Positions 30,835 to 40,952 of a stretch of DNA of 64,000 bases are shown here, in pieces (position 1 is the first letter of the stretch; each line of letters begins with the position of its first letter). The stretch is from assembly GCA_965226885.1 (NCBI GenBank), contig CBDDEL010000012.1, forward strand, positions 64,001-128,000. The letters run 5' to 3'. The translations under genes were made by a program, and so were the position numbers. This DNA comes from Opitutales bacterium (GTDB lineage: Bacteria > Verrucomicrobiota > Verrucomicrobiia > Opitutales > UBA2987). The notes under the pieces were generated by a model that saw only the letters and a program-made list of their open reading frames with translations, searched no databases and had not been told where the DNA came from.

Positions 30835-31757
30835 GCCCGAAGCAGAAAAAGGAAGCGGTGAAGCATGTATTGGCCCAAGGGTCGTGCTCGCTGCGTCGGG
30901 CCTGTCAGCATTTTGGGTTGCACCGCTCAACCTACCTGTATGAACCCAAGAAAGCTACTGAGTATAGGCATAAACTGGTGGCACGCATCATTGCCTTTTC
31001 GAAGAAGCATCCGCGCTATGGCTATCGTCGGATCCGCGCTTTGTTGACCCATGAAGGTTGGCCCGTGAGTCGCAAATTCGTCCAAAAAGTGCGTCGTTTC
31101 GAAGGACTGGGTGTGCGCCCGTCTGGCAAGCGCCGTCGCCGGCAGGGCCAATCCACGGCTACCCCGACCCGAGCAGTGCAGCCCAACCATGTGTGGAGTT
31201 GGGACTTCGTGGCGGATCGCACCGACCGGGGCGGTCCGCTCAGGCTCTTGACACTGATCGATGAACATACCCGTCAATGCCTGGCCATTAAGGTTGCGCG
31301 CTCACTGAAAAGTGCCGATGTGGTAGAGGTATTGAACGATGCCATAAGAGAGAACGGCAAACCTCAGTGCATCCGCTCGGACAACGGATCGGAGTTTATA
31401 GCCCACCAAGTCAAAGAAGAACTGCAGCGACAGGAAATTGCCATCGCATACATTGATCCAGGAAGCCCTTGGCAGAATGGACATATAGAATCCTTTCATA
31501 ATCGTTTGCGCGATGAATGCCTTAATCAGGAACTGTTCCTGAGCGTGACCGAAGCGCGTGTGGTGGTCGAACAATGGCGACACAAATACAACGCGAAACA
31601 CCCCCACAGCCGATTAGGCTTTCTCTCCCCAAATACATTTGCCAGACTCTGGCGAACAATCAACAAAGCAGCGGCTGGCTCCATTCGGCCTACGGCCTCA
31701 TTGCGCCACCCGCTGCAAAACCTACAATACCAAACCTACGGAAATACTCTCACTTAA
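30828..31757 (+). CDS. IS3-C OrfB
   Basis: rve DDE motifs, full length. Confidence 0.9.
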   Translation: MVGPKQKKEAVKHVLAQGSCSLRRACQHFGLHRSTYLYEPKKATEYRHKLVARIIAFSKKHPRYGYRRIRALLTHEGWPVSRKFVQKVRRFEGLGVRPSGKRRRRQGQSTATPTRAVQPNHVWSWDFVADRTDRGGPLRLLTLIDEHTRQCLAIKVARSLKSADVVEVLNDAIRENGKPQCIRSDNGSEFIAHQVKEELQRQEIAIAYIDPGSPWQNGHIESFHNRLRDECLNQELFLSVTEARVVVEQWRHKYNAKHPHSRLGFLSPNTFARLWRTINKAAAGSIRPTASLRHPLQNLQYQTYGNTLT

Positions 31758-32182
31758 AGTGGTAGCAAAGATGGGGTCCGATCACCACAGAGAACAAAGA
31801 AAAAGTCAACTCAGTCGTCAGTGATTGAAATTAAAAGCAAGTCCCAATACCCCGCCCCCAGAAAACTCACATTCTCCCATTTCTTCCAATCAGTAAACCA
31901 CAATTTACTCCGGCTGTGAATGTTCACATGGGATAATGCGCCCCATGGGATAATGCGCCCCTATTGCATATCCAAAAATTATAGATGCTATTTAACCGTA
32001 AAATGAACTATGTACCCTATTGATTTTTTGTTCCAAATAAGTTATACTATCAATTACTTTTCCCTAATCCCATTATTTCTTCAGCTAACTAGAGTTTGGT
32101 GGATTTCGATATCGTTAAACTTCAAATATGGTCGCATTTCCAATTGAGAAGATGTTTGCAAATTCTAAGCCATATAATTCCA

Positions 32183-32614
32183 ATGAATAAAGTCTATATT
32201 GTTGAGGACAATCCAATTTTTTACGATTTGTACTCTGCGTATTTTCAGATGGCTTTATCTGAATTTGATTTGGTGGGAATTGCCCGAGATGGTCAAGAGG
32301 CCTTGCGAGCCTGTGCAGACCTGTTGCCTGACCTCATCCTTTTTGATATCCTGTTGCCCAAAATTAACGGGCTTGTGTTGTTTAAAATTTTTAAGAAAAA
32401 ATACCCCACGATCATTGGGGCGTTTTTTTCGGGTTCCATTGACCTTGGAACCATTAAGGAAGCCATAGTAAGTGGAGCGGACGGATTTATTGAGAAATCC
32501 TGTGGCCTGAAGGAATTGAATAAAGCACTGCCATCCCTCTTTTCCAGAAAGAAGTATTTTAGCCCGAATGTCCATCGTCAGTTACAAATATTAGGTATAT
32601 CTCAAGTGGGTTGA
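32183..32614 (+). CDS. Single-domain response regulator (NarL-type receiver)
   Basis: Motifs VYIVEDN, PDLILFDILLPKINGL and GADGFIEK. Confidence 0.85.
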   Translation: MNKVYIVEDNPIFYDLYSAYFQMALSEFDLVGIARDGQEALRACADLLPDLILFDILLPKINGLVLFKIFKKKYPTIIGAFFSGSIDLGTIKEAIVSGADGFIEKSCGLKELNKALPSLFSRKKYFSPNVHRQLQILGISQVG

Positions 32615-32638
32615 TAAGGAACCGTTATCTTTGGTTTA

Positions 32639-33736
32639 TTGAGCAGCATACATAAAATCCTCGTCGTTGACGATCAGCCCGTAAACGTAAAGTTGCTCCA
32701 GTATGCGCTGGAGCGGAACGGGATGCTGGTCTGGTCCGCCTACAGCGGCCAGCAATGCCTCGATCAAGTTAATAATGAAATGCCGGACCTGATCCTGCTG
32801 GACATTATGATGCCCGAAATGGACGGATTTGAGGTTTGTAAAATCCTCAAAGAAGATGAGGCTACCCAGGCAATCCCCATAATTTTTTTAACCGCGAAAA
32901 CTAGCAAAGAGGGAAAATTGAAAGGGTTGGATGCGGGAGCCGTCGATTACATCACCAAGCCGATCGACCTGGAGGAAACGCTTGCCCGGATAAAGACCCA
33001 GCTCCGTTTTCAGCAGATCAACCGCGAAAACATCGAATTGCAGAAGCGCCTGGCAGACTCACGGCAAACCGCTGCCATTGGGGCAATCGCCCAGGGCATA
33101 TCGCACAATCTAAACAACCTTCTCGGTGTGGTGGTAGGCTATCTGGACCTATTGAAAACCATCAAGGATAACCCGGCAGCGGTCGAGCGTTGCTACAATC
33201 AGATTGGCCAGGCCATTCAAAGAATGGTCAATATTGTCCGCAGACTGGGCAAAATCGCCAATAAAGAACATTTTGCTTTGCAACCTCTGTCGCTGCAGCG
33301 ACTCCTCGACAGCAGCATTCGTCGATTCGAGGCCGAGAACAATACATCCGATTCCATAGTGGTTATCAACCCGCTGGAGAATATTCAGGTGCCGGCCAAT
33401 GCTGAAATCTTTGAAAGCATTCTGGGCAACTTGATGATGAACGCTCTGGAAAGTTACCCAGAAGGAGAAGAAAACCGCAAGGTAACCATTAAAACGGAAC
33501 TAGTCGATTCCGATTCCAAACAGAGCATCCTGATAAAAGTTTTTGACGAAGGCACCGGAATCAGTCCTGAAGTTAAAGATCACATTTTTGAACCCTTTAT
33601 CAGCGGAAAAACCTCCGTCGGCCGTGGAATGGGATTGACCATTGCCCGCAACGGAATACGCAACCTCGGCGGCGAACTTATCCACAAACCGAGAACCCGT
33701 GGCGGAACTTGCGCCGAGCTGTTGCATCCCCTTTAG
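32639..33736 (+). CDS. Hybrid receiver + histidine kinase
   Basis: ILVVDD...LDIMMP receiver; SHNLNN H-box; N, D/G1, F and G2 boxes. Confidence 0.92.
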   Translation: MSSIHKILVVDDQPVNVKLLQYALERNGMLVWSAYSGQQCLDQVNNEMPDLILLDIMMPEMDGFEVCKILKEDEATQAIPIIFLTAKTSKEGKLKGLDAGAVDYITKPIDLEETLARIKTQLRFQQINRENIELQKRLADSRQTAAIGAIAQGISHNLNNLLGVVVGYLDLLKTIKDNPAAVERCYNQIGQAIQRMVNIVRRLGKIANKEHFALQPLSLQRLLDSSIRRFEAENNTSDSIVVINPLENIQVPANAEIFESILGNLMMNALESYPEGEENRKVTIKTELVDSDSKQSILIKVFDEGTGISPEVKDHIFEPFISGKTSVGRGMGLTIARNGIRNLGGELIHKPRTRGGTCAELLHPL

Positions 33737-33742
33737 GTCCCG

Positions 33743-33818
33743 TGATCGGACCACCAAAAATACGGCCACTGCCAGTGAGAGTCTTTTCGGAGAAATTACC
33801 GAATTAGCTCATGACGAA
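33743..33818 (+). mobile_element. Solo left-end remnant of an IS3-C relative
   Basis: TGATCGGACCACC...TGCCAGTGAGAGTCTTTTCGGAGAAATTACCG matches the IS3-C left end. Confidence 0.7.
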
Positions 33819-33894
33819 ATACGGTCGCCCATTCAGTTGCCCCACCACCTTGGAAATGGCGATACCCCGTTCCCTTTTCTTTTCAGGATTGCCA

Positions 33895-34053
33895 GTATCA
33901 AACTATATTGTTCTTGATTTCCGGGGATTCAAGGGAAATGGCATTTGAGTATTAAACTTTATTGTTCTTAGGCATTTCACGTTTCACTTTACACTTGTTG
34001 ATCATCAATGATTTATGAATCCGTCCGGTATCAAACTTTATTGTTCGAGTACA
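33895..34053 (-). mobile_element. Tn7-like left-type end (three spaced TnsB-like sites)
   Basis: Minus strand reads TGTACTCG-AACAATAAAGTTTGATAC; the repeat GTATYAAACTWTATTGTTC occurs at 33895, 33949 and 34028. Confidence 0.72.
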
Positions 34054-34128
34054 TGTAGACGGACAATAAAGTTGTATCCTAGACAATAAACTTGGAAACT
34101 GACCACTCCGCGCCGGACAATAAAGTCG
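34054..34128 (+). mobile_element. Tn7-like right-type end (closely packed TnsB-like sites)
   Basis: TGTAGACG-GACAATAAAGT; GACAATAAA occurs at 34062, 34082 and 34116. Confidence 0.72.
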
Positions 34129-34337
34129 ACTCCTGTCCCTGCCAGGTAGAGGAGTGAACGTAACTTGTTGAATCATAAAGGATTCCGATGATATCCCAGG
34201 ATACATTCAACCTCTGAGGAATCCCCGACTCGGTAGTCAACGGCCAAGTTTGCAACCGCCGTTTGCCATTCCATCCCGAAGACAAGGGCCATCGCCGCAT
34301 CGCGGAGAGATTCCTGCGATCCGATGTCTAGTCGCTT

Positions 34338-36357
34338 CTAATACTTCCTGCTGCGCAGCGTCGGTTCCAAACAAGCCAGCAATACGATATCGAAATCGAA
34401 CGATTTCGCCACGATGACACCCAACCGACGAACCGCCTCGGGCTGCGGATTTCTCAATTTGACGTTTTTTGGAAGTTCTCCTTTCGGTGCATCCGGAACG
34501 TAATCTGGCTGAAGCTGAAATGACACCTTCTCCACGTCATCGATGGTAATCTCTGGGTGAATCGGGCGCAATTTACGCCCTAGCCCGGAAATTTCATAAA
34601 AAAAGTATCGCTGATATGCTTATCTGCTGATATACAGCAGGATAGATTAAACATTAAAGCAATATCAGCGATGACAAAAAGTAAACAATTAGAACTACAG
34701 TTGACAAGGGTAAAAGGCCGCCGTGTGCGGGTTGATTTTAAGGGCGGTGAGGTTACTTCGGATGCCGGGCTGCTTTTGATCCGGGAAGTGGATCGGCGGT
34801 TGGGCTTGACCGAGCAAGCGGCCCGGCAATTAGTAGACAAACGGCAGAAGGGCAAAGTGCGCCATGAGATGCTGGCCATGATCCGGCAGCGCGTTTACGG
34901 GCTGGTGGCGGGCTATGAGGATTTGAACGACTTTGACACCCTGCGCCGCGATCCTTTGTTGCAAACGGTAACGGGGCGCACTGAAGCGTTGGCCAGCGCG
35001 CCGACTTTGTGTCGTTTTGAAAACGGGCAGGATCGGCGGGCAGCCTTTGCCCTGAACGAGTTGCTGGTCGAACAGTTCATGGGATCCTTTGCCGAGGAAC
35101 CCGAAGAGATCATCCTGGACTTTGACGCCACCGACAATCCGGTGCACGGGCTCCAGGAGGGACGTTTTTTCCACGGTTATTATGATCATTACTGTTTTGT
35201 GCGCTGTATGTTTTTTGCGGCGATCAGCTTCTGGTGGCCTACCTGCGGCCCAGCAAGATCGATGCGAGCAAGCATGCCGGGGCCATCCTCAAATTGCTGG
35301 TTAAACGGATTCGCCAAAGCTGGCCCCATACGCGGATTATTTGGCGTGCCGACAGCGGATTCTGCCGGGATCGGATTCTCTCGTGGTGCGAGCGCAACGA
35401 GGTTTATTTTATAGTGGGAACGGCCCGCCATGCACGCTTGCAGCAAGCGGCCCGGCAGTTGCAGGAGCAAGCCAAACAATGGTTCGAGGGTAGCGGCAAA
35501 AAGCAACGGCTGTTTCAGCACTTCGAGTATGGGGCAAAATCGTGGCGGCGCCAACGCCTTATCATCCACAAAGCCGAACACACCGCACAGGGGTCCAACC
35601 CGCGCTTCGTGGTGACGAACCTGCAGGGCGATCCCCAAGAGCTTTACGACAAAGTATACTGTGGCCGCGGTGAGATGGAGAACCGGATCAAGGAACAGAT
35701 GCAATTGTTCAGCGAACGCACCAGCGCGCATAAATGGTGGGCCAACCAGTGGCGATTGCTCTTGTCGGGGCTGGCCTACACCTTGATGGAAGCCTTGCGC
35801 CGGTTCGCATTAAAAGGGACGAAGTGGGCGCGGCTCCAATGCCACAGTCTACGGCTAAAATTAATCAAGATCGGAGCGGTAATCGTGCGCAACACCCGAA
35901 CGATTCACTTTCATCTAAGTGAAAGTTATCCATGGGCCAGTCTTTTCAACCATGCGGCCCGCCGGTTGGTGCCAACCTAAAGGGCGCATTGGCGCTGCCC
36001 CCGGCGCTACCGAACCAATGGGGGAAAGGGGGAAGTGTCTCTACACCCTGAAAAACACCTCAAAATCAAGACGATCCGCCCAAAATACAAAGAAATCCAT
36101 CTCCAATAGCAATAACGAGCCAAACTTTACCCTTCATGAAATATCCGGGGTAGTTCTCTGGCTGCCTCGCTGATCTCGGACTCATCTCTGAACTCGGCTT
36201 CCACTTCTGCCCACTCCAATCGCACCATAACCTTTTCCGTCAGCTGGCGGTCGCCTCTGTTTACCAACATAAGTAAGGATGTGCTGACCCTCAGTTTCCT
36301 GGGTGTTTGCGGAGTTCTCGTCAGCGACCTGCTGCTCATTATGCTGGACCCGCGCAT
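34338..36357 (-). pseudogene. Hypothetical gene split by the IS1380 isoform
   Basis: Removing 34584-36149 and one target copy joins ...SEAAREL to GRKLRPIHPEITIDD... in frame. Confidence 0.6.
34584..36149 (+). mobile_element. Divergent IS1380 isoform with frameshifted transposase (34671-35980)
   Basis: Same IRs and many substitutions versus the other copies; frameshift near 35200; flanks CTAG/GTAG. Confidence 0.88.
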
Positions 36358-36436
36358 TCGCTATGATGAAGGCGCAAGTGGAAAATAAAACATTTTCGCT
36401 GGTCTTTACGACAGGAAAAACTACTTTGATTTTTAT

Positions 36437-37342
36437 ATGAATTCTCAACTGCGAGTCGGAATCATCGGCCTGGACACCTCCCACGTGGCAGGGCTAGCCA
36501 ATTTCCTAAACGATCCTCAGCACAAGGATTTTATCCCCGGAGCCCGCATTACGACGGGATACCCCGGAGGTTCACCGGATTTCGAGAAGAGCGCATCGCG
36601 GGTCGAGGGTTTTACCCGGAAACTGAAGGACGAGTTCGGGGTGGCCTTGGTTGAATCTCCCGAGGAGGTGGCCGAACAATGCGATGTTATACTCCTCACC
36701 TCGGTGGACGGGCGCGTTCATCTCGACCAGTTCTCCCGCATCGCCCCTTTTGGCAAACCGACTTTCATTGATAAACCATTTGCGGTAAGCTCTGAGCACG
36801 CTCGTCAAATCGCGGAACTGGCTGAAAAAAACCAGGTCCCCTTGATGAGTTCATCTCCCTTACGTTATGCCGAGGCTTTGACTGTGGCTCTCGCCGGGCG
36901 CTCGGGCGAAAACATAACGGGCGCTGATTTTACCGGCCCCATGCCAATAGAACCCACCCAACCCGGCTTTTTCTGGTATGGCGTACACGCGGCGGAAGCT
37001 CTTTTTGAAGTCATGGGGCCCGGCTGCGCCGAGGTCCGCGTAACAACTGTGGAAAACCATGACCTTGCCGTCGGCCACTGGCGGGATGGGCGCATAGGAA
37101 CCATCCGGGGATTCCGCGGTTCCGGTTATTACTTTGGCGGCGTCCTCCACACGGATAAAGAAATGATATTCCTCGATCTCGATTCCGGCGAGAAAACAAA
37201 ACACGTTCATCTGACGAAATCCATAATCGAATTTTTCCGCACCGGGATAAGCCCCATCGCTGTGGCCGAAACAGTTGAAGTCATCCGGTTTCTGGAAGCC
37301 GCCAACGAGAGCCGCTTGACCGGTAATACCGTGCCGCTCTAA
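36437..37342 (+). CDS. Gfo/Idh/MocA-family oxidoreductase
   Basis: Motifs RVGIIGLDTSH, FIDKPFA and WYGVH. Confidence 0.88.
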   Translation: MNSQLRVGIIGLDTSHVAGLANFLNDPQHKDFIPGARITTGYPGGSPDFEKSASRVEGFTRKLKDEFGVALVESPEEVAEQCDVILLTSVDGRVHLDQFSRIAPFGKPTFIDKPFAVSSEHARQIAELAEKNQVPLMSSSPLRYAEALTVALAGRSGENITGADFTGPMPIEPTQPGFFWYGVHAAEALFEVMGPGCAEVRVTTVENHDLAVGHWRDGRIGTIRGFRGSGYYFGGVLHTDKEMIFLDLDSGEKTKHVHLTKSIIEFFRTGISPIAVAETVEVIRFLEAANESRLTGNTVPL

Positions 37343-37345
37343 TTT

Positions 37346-38242
37346 ATGATAAATCCTCGGAAGATCGTTGATACCCATCAGCATGTGAACTGGCACCAGC
37401 GTAATGTGTCCGGGTCGATTCGCGATATGGATGAGCACGGGGTCAGCTATTCCTGGCTGCTGACCTGGCTCACGGAACCGGACGACCCGGTGCCGTACTC
37501 GGGTGGCGCGCTCAATCCCGTCAATGTCCGCCTGGACGGGTCGCAAGAGGGCATTACCCTGCGCGATATTGTGGAGGCCAAGGAGAAGCATCCTCAACGA
37601 TATGTGGTGGGCTATTGCCCCAACCCCCGTTGGCGGCTGGCGGCCATTTACCTGCGCAACGCCCACCACATGCATGGGGCTCAAATGTGCGGTGAGTGGA
37701 AGTATCGAATGCTCTTCGACGATCCGCGCTGCCTGGAGATTTTTCATGTCGCGGGCGAGTTGAAAATGCCGGTCGTGCTGCACCTGGACGTGCCCTATTT
37801 GCTACAAAATGGCCGACCCGAGTACCAGCCCGATTGGTACGGCGGAACCGTAGAAAACCTGGAGCGCGCCCTTCAGGCCTGTCCGGACACCATATTCATC
37901 GGGCATGCTCCGGGGTTTTGGAGAGAGATCAGCGCGGATGCGGCCACCGATGGGAAACCCTATCCGGATACACCCATTCCCGCCCCCGGAGAAATCTACC
38001 GGCTTTTCGATACTTATGAGAATTTGTTTGCGGATTTATCGGCGGGCTCCGGCCGCATCGCCCTGCAGCGCGACCCCCAACATGCGGTTTCCTTTTTGCA
38101 AAAATATTCCCATCGCCTGCTCTTCGGGCGAGACCAATACGAGCAGAAACTACACCAGTTTCTGCAAACGCTTCCCCTTGATGAAGCAACCGTTAACCGG
38201 ATTTATTACCAGAATGCGGAGAGGCTGATTCCGGCCCCTTAG
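37346..38242 (+). CDS. Amidohydrolase_2 family protein
   Basis: Motifs VDTHQH, PVVLH, FIGH, LLFGRD and IYYQNAERL. Confidence 0.88.
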   Translation: MINPRKIVDTHQHVNWHQRNVSGSIRDMDEHGVSYSWLLTWLTEPDDPVPYSGGALNPVNVRLDGSQEGITLRDIVEAKEKHPQRYVVGYCPNPRWRLAAIYLRNAHHMHGAQMCGEWKYRMLFDDPRCLEIFHVAGELKMPVVLHLDVPYLLQNGRPEYQPDWYGGTVENLERALQACPDTIFIGHAPGFWREISADAATDGKPYPDTPIPAPGEIYRLFDTYENLFADLSAGSGRIALQRDPQHAVSFLQKYSHRLLFGRDQYEQKLHQFLQTLPLDEATVNRIYYQNAERLIPAP

Positions 38243-38244
38243 AA

Positions 38245-39174
38245 TCATTGATGCGTTGGGCGGGATGCTGCTTCAACCGCCACCACAAGAGCCCCCAGGT
38301 CCTGGATGCGATCACCCAGTTTTGACGGCCGCACGGTGCACAACCTGGCCACCTCGGGTTGGACTTCCCGCAAATACCGCTGGTGCACGAGATTCAGCCA
38401 ATCGCTTCCAAAATAAGAGGCCAGGCTGCCCAAAACGATGATATGCGGACAGAGCAAGTCCGCCAGAAGTGCGCATACGTCGCCCAACGCCTCGGCATTG
38501 AGGCGAATAATCTCCAGGGCATCAGCGTCGCCTTTCGCCGCCAGCACACTGATTTCAGGACCCGAAGGTGGGTTCATTGTCCAACGGCCAGGAAATTTCC
38601 AGGCGGCCAGCAATGGCAAGCCCGTCCCGGAACAATAAGCCTCTACCGTGCCTTCCTTGCCATAAGCGACGGGTCCATGCTGGCGAATGCGCCAGTGTCC
38701 GAGATCGCAGGGGTAGCCACCGGCCCCGCGATGAATCCTGCCATCGAGCACCAGGCCGGCCCCGCAACCCGTGCCGCAAGTCAGGTAAACCAGATGGCGG
38801 ACCTCGCCGTCCGTCCCCCACCGGAATTCCGCCAAGGCGCAGGCCGCCGCGTCATGCTCGACCGCGACCGGCAGCCGCAGTTGCTCTTCCAGCCGTTCCT
38901 TCAAAGGAAGTGCATCCCAACCCGGCAAATGGGGAGGCGACTGAATGATGCCACGATCCGCGTCCAACGGCCCTCCAATCGAAACGCCAACCGCTTTCAC
39001 ACCGGGAAAGATTTTTAGCAATTCCCGCGATCTTTCCCGAATATCCGCCAACATGGCTTCGGGGCCCCGCTCGGCATTTGAGGCCCAGGCTCTGCGCTCG
39101 ATGATTTCGCCCTCAACCGCGCCGATCACGGCGACAGATTTCGTTCCCCCAATATCGAGTCCAAGAAGATGCAT
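38245..39174 (-). CDS. ROK family sugar kinase
   Basis: Motifs GLDIGGTK, EHDAAACALAE and GTGCGAG. Confidence 0.9.
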   Translation of the reverse strand: MHLLGLDIGGTKSVAVIGAVEGEIIERRAWASNAERGPEAMLADIRERSRELLKIFPGVKAVGVSIGGPLDADRGIIQSPPHLPGWDALPLKERLEEQLRLPVAVEHDAAACALAEFRWGTDGEVRHLVYLTCGTGCGAGLVLDGRIHRGAGGYPCDLGHWRIRQHGPVAYGKEGTVEAYCSGTGLPLLAAWKFPGRWTMNPPSGPEISVLAAKGDADALEIIRLNAEALGDVCALLADLLCPHIIVLGSLASYFGSDWLNLVHQRYLREVQPEVARLCTVRPSKLGDRIQDLGALVVAVEAASRPTHQ

Positions 39175-39214
39175 CACCCTTTCCAGCAAGCCAGCATGAA
39201 AATTTCCGCTCTAG

Positions 39215-40787
39215 CCCGGATATTTCATGAAGGGTAAAGTTTGGCTCGTTATTGCTATTGGAGATGGAGATGGATTTCTTTGTATTTTGAGCAGATCGTC
39301 TTGATTTTTAGGTGTTTTTCAGGGTGTAGAGACACTGCCCCCTTTCCCCCATTGGTTCGGTAGTGCCGGGGGCAGCACCAATGCACCCTTTAGGTTGGCA
39401 CCAATCGGCGGGCCGCATGGTTGAAAAGACTGGCCCAAGGATAACTCTCACTTAGGTGAAAGTGAATCGTTCGGGTGTTGCGCACGATGACCGCTCCGAT
39501 CTTGATTAATTTGAGCCGCAGGGTGTGGCATTGGGCCCGCGCCCACTTCGTCCCTTTTAAGGCTAACCGGCGCATGGCTTCCATCAAGGTGTAGGCCAGC
39601 GCCGACAAGAGCAATCGCCACTGATTGGCCCACCATTGATGGGCGCTGGTGCGCTCGCTGAACAATTGCATCTGTTCCTTGATTCGGTTCTCCATTTCAC
39701 CGCGGCCACAGTATACCTTGTCGTAAAGCTCCTGGGGATCGCCCGGCAGGTTCGTCACCACGAAGCGCGGGTTGGACCCCTGTGCGGTGTGTTCGGCTTT
39801 ATGGATGACCAACCGCAGCCATCGCCACGAATCGGCAGCATAGACGAAGTCCTGGAATAACCGTTGTTTTTTACCCCTTAGTTCGAACCATTCTTTGGCC
39901 TGCTTTTGCAACTGCTGGGCGTCTTGCTGCAAGCGTGCATTGCGAGCCATCCCCACGATGTAACTAACTTCGTTGCGGTCGCACCAAGAGAGTATCCGGT
40001 CTCGACAAAATCCACTGTCGGCGCGCCAAATAATCCGCGTACGGGGCCAGCTTTGGCGAATCCGTTTAACCAGCAATTTGAGGATGGCCCCGGCATGCTT
40101 GCTGGCATCGATCTTGCTCGGCCGCAGGTAGGCCACCAGCAGCTGATCACCGCAAAAAACATATAGCGGCAGAAAACAGTGATGATCATAATAACCGTGG
40201 AAAAAACGTCCCTCCTGGAGCCCGTGCACCGGATTGTCGGTGGCGTCAAAGTCCAGGATGATCTCTTCGGGTTCCTCGGCAAAGGAGCCCATGAACTGTT
40301 CGACCAACAGCTCGTTTACCGCAAAGGCCGCCCGCCGATCCTGCCCGTTTTCAAAACGACACAAAGTCGGCGCGCTGGCCAACGTTTCAATGCGCCCCGT
40401 TACCGTTTGCAACAATGGATCGTGGCGCAGGGTATCAAAGTCGTTCAAATCCTCATAGCCCGCCACCAGCCCGTAAACGCGCTGCCGCAGCATCCCCAAT
40501 ACCTCATGGCGTACTTTGCCCTTCTGCCGTTTGTCCACTAACTGTCGGGCCGCTCGTTCGGTCAAGCCCAACTGCCGATCCACTTCCCGGATCAAAAGCA
40601 GTCCGGCATCCGAAGTAACCTCTCCGCCCTTGAAATCAACCCGCACACGGCGGCCTTTTACCCTTGTCAACTGTAGCTTTAATTGTTTACCTTTTGTCAT
40701 CGCTGATATTGCTTTAATTATTGATCTATCCTGCTGTATATCAGCAGTTAAGCATATCAACGATACTTTTTTTACGAAATATCCGGG
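39215..40787 (-). mobile_element. IS1380 complete copy
   Basis: Both IRs present with CTAG TSD; 1573 bp because of an extra GGAGAT. Confidence 0.93.
39390..40700 (-). CDS. IS1380-family transposase
   Basis: Near-identical to the other copies. Confidence 0.92.
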   Translation of the reverse strand: MTKGKQLKLQLTRVKGRRVRVDFKGGEVTSDAGLLLIREVDRQLGLTERAARQLVDKRQKGKVRHEVLGMLRQRVYGLVAGYEDLNDFDTLRHDPLLQTVTGRIETLASAPTLCRFENGQDRRAAFAVNELLVEQFMGSFAEEPEEIILDFDATDNPVHGLQEGRFFHGYYDHHCFLPLYVFCGDQLLVAYLRPSKIDASKHAGAILKLLVKRIRQSWPRTRIIWRADSGFCRDRILSWCDRNEVSYIVGMARNARLQQDAQQLQKQAKEWFELRGKKQRLFQDFVYAADSWRWLRLVIHKAEHTAQGSNPRFVVTNLPGDPQELYDKVYCGRGEMENRIKEQMQLFSERTSAHQWWANQWRLLLSALAYTLMEAMRRLALKGTKWARAQCHTLRLKLIKIGAVIVRNTRTIHFHLSESYPWASLFNHAARRLVPT

Positions 40788-40952
40788 CTAGGCTGTTGCT
40801 TTTTCATTACTAAATGCATTGAACTTAAATCCAACAAGCTGTAGTATTCAATTTACGCAAATTGATTGGTTGGAAACGACAAGATAGAAATTGAGCTTGG
40901 GTTAGTTACTCAGGCATGGTCAAAGATTAATATTTTAGTTGAGAAAACAACA

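Larger units (their letters stand above)
30482..31784 (+). mobile_element. IS3-C intact copy with a duplicated left terminus
   Basis: Same IRs as the 11977 copy; 18-bp tandem duplication at 30481-30516; no TSD. Confidence 0.9.

Noticed and set aside
33952..34206. 84-aa ORF with repeated LYCP motifs
   Set aside because: The peptide repeats are just the translation of the TnsB-like DNA repeats.
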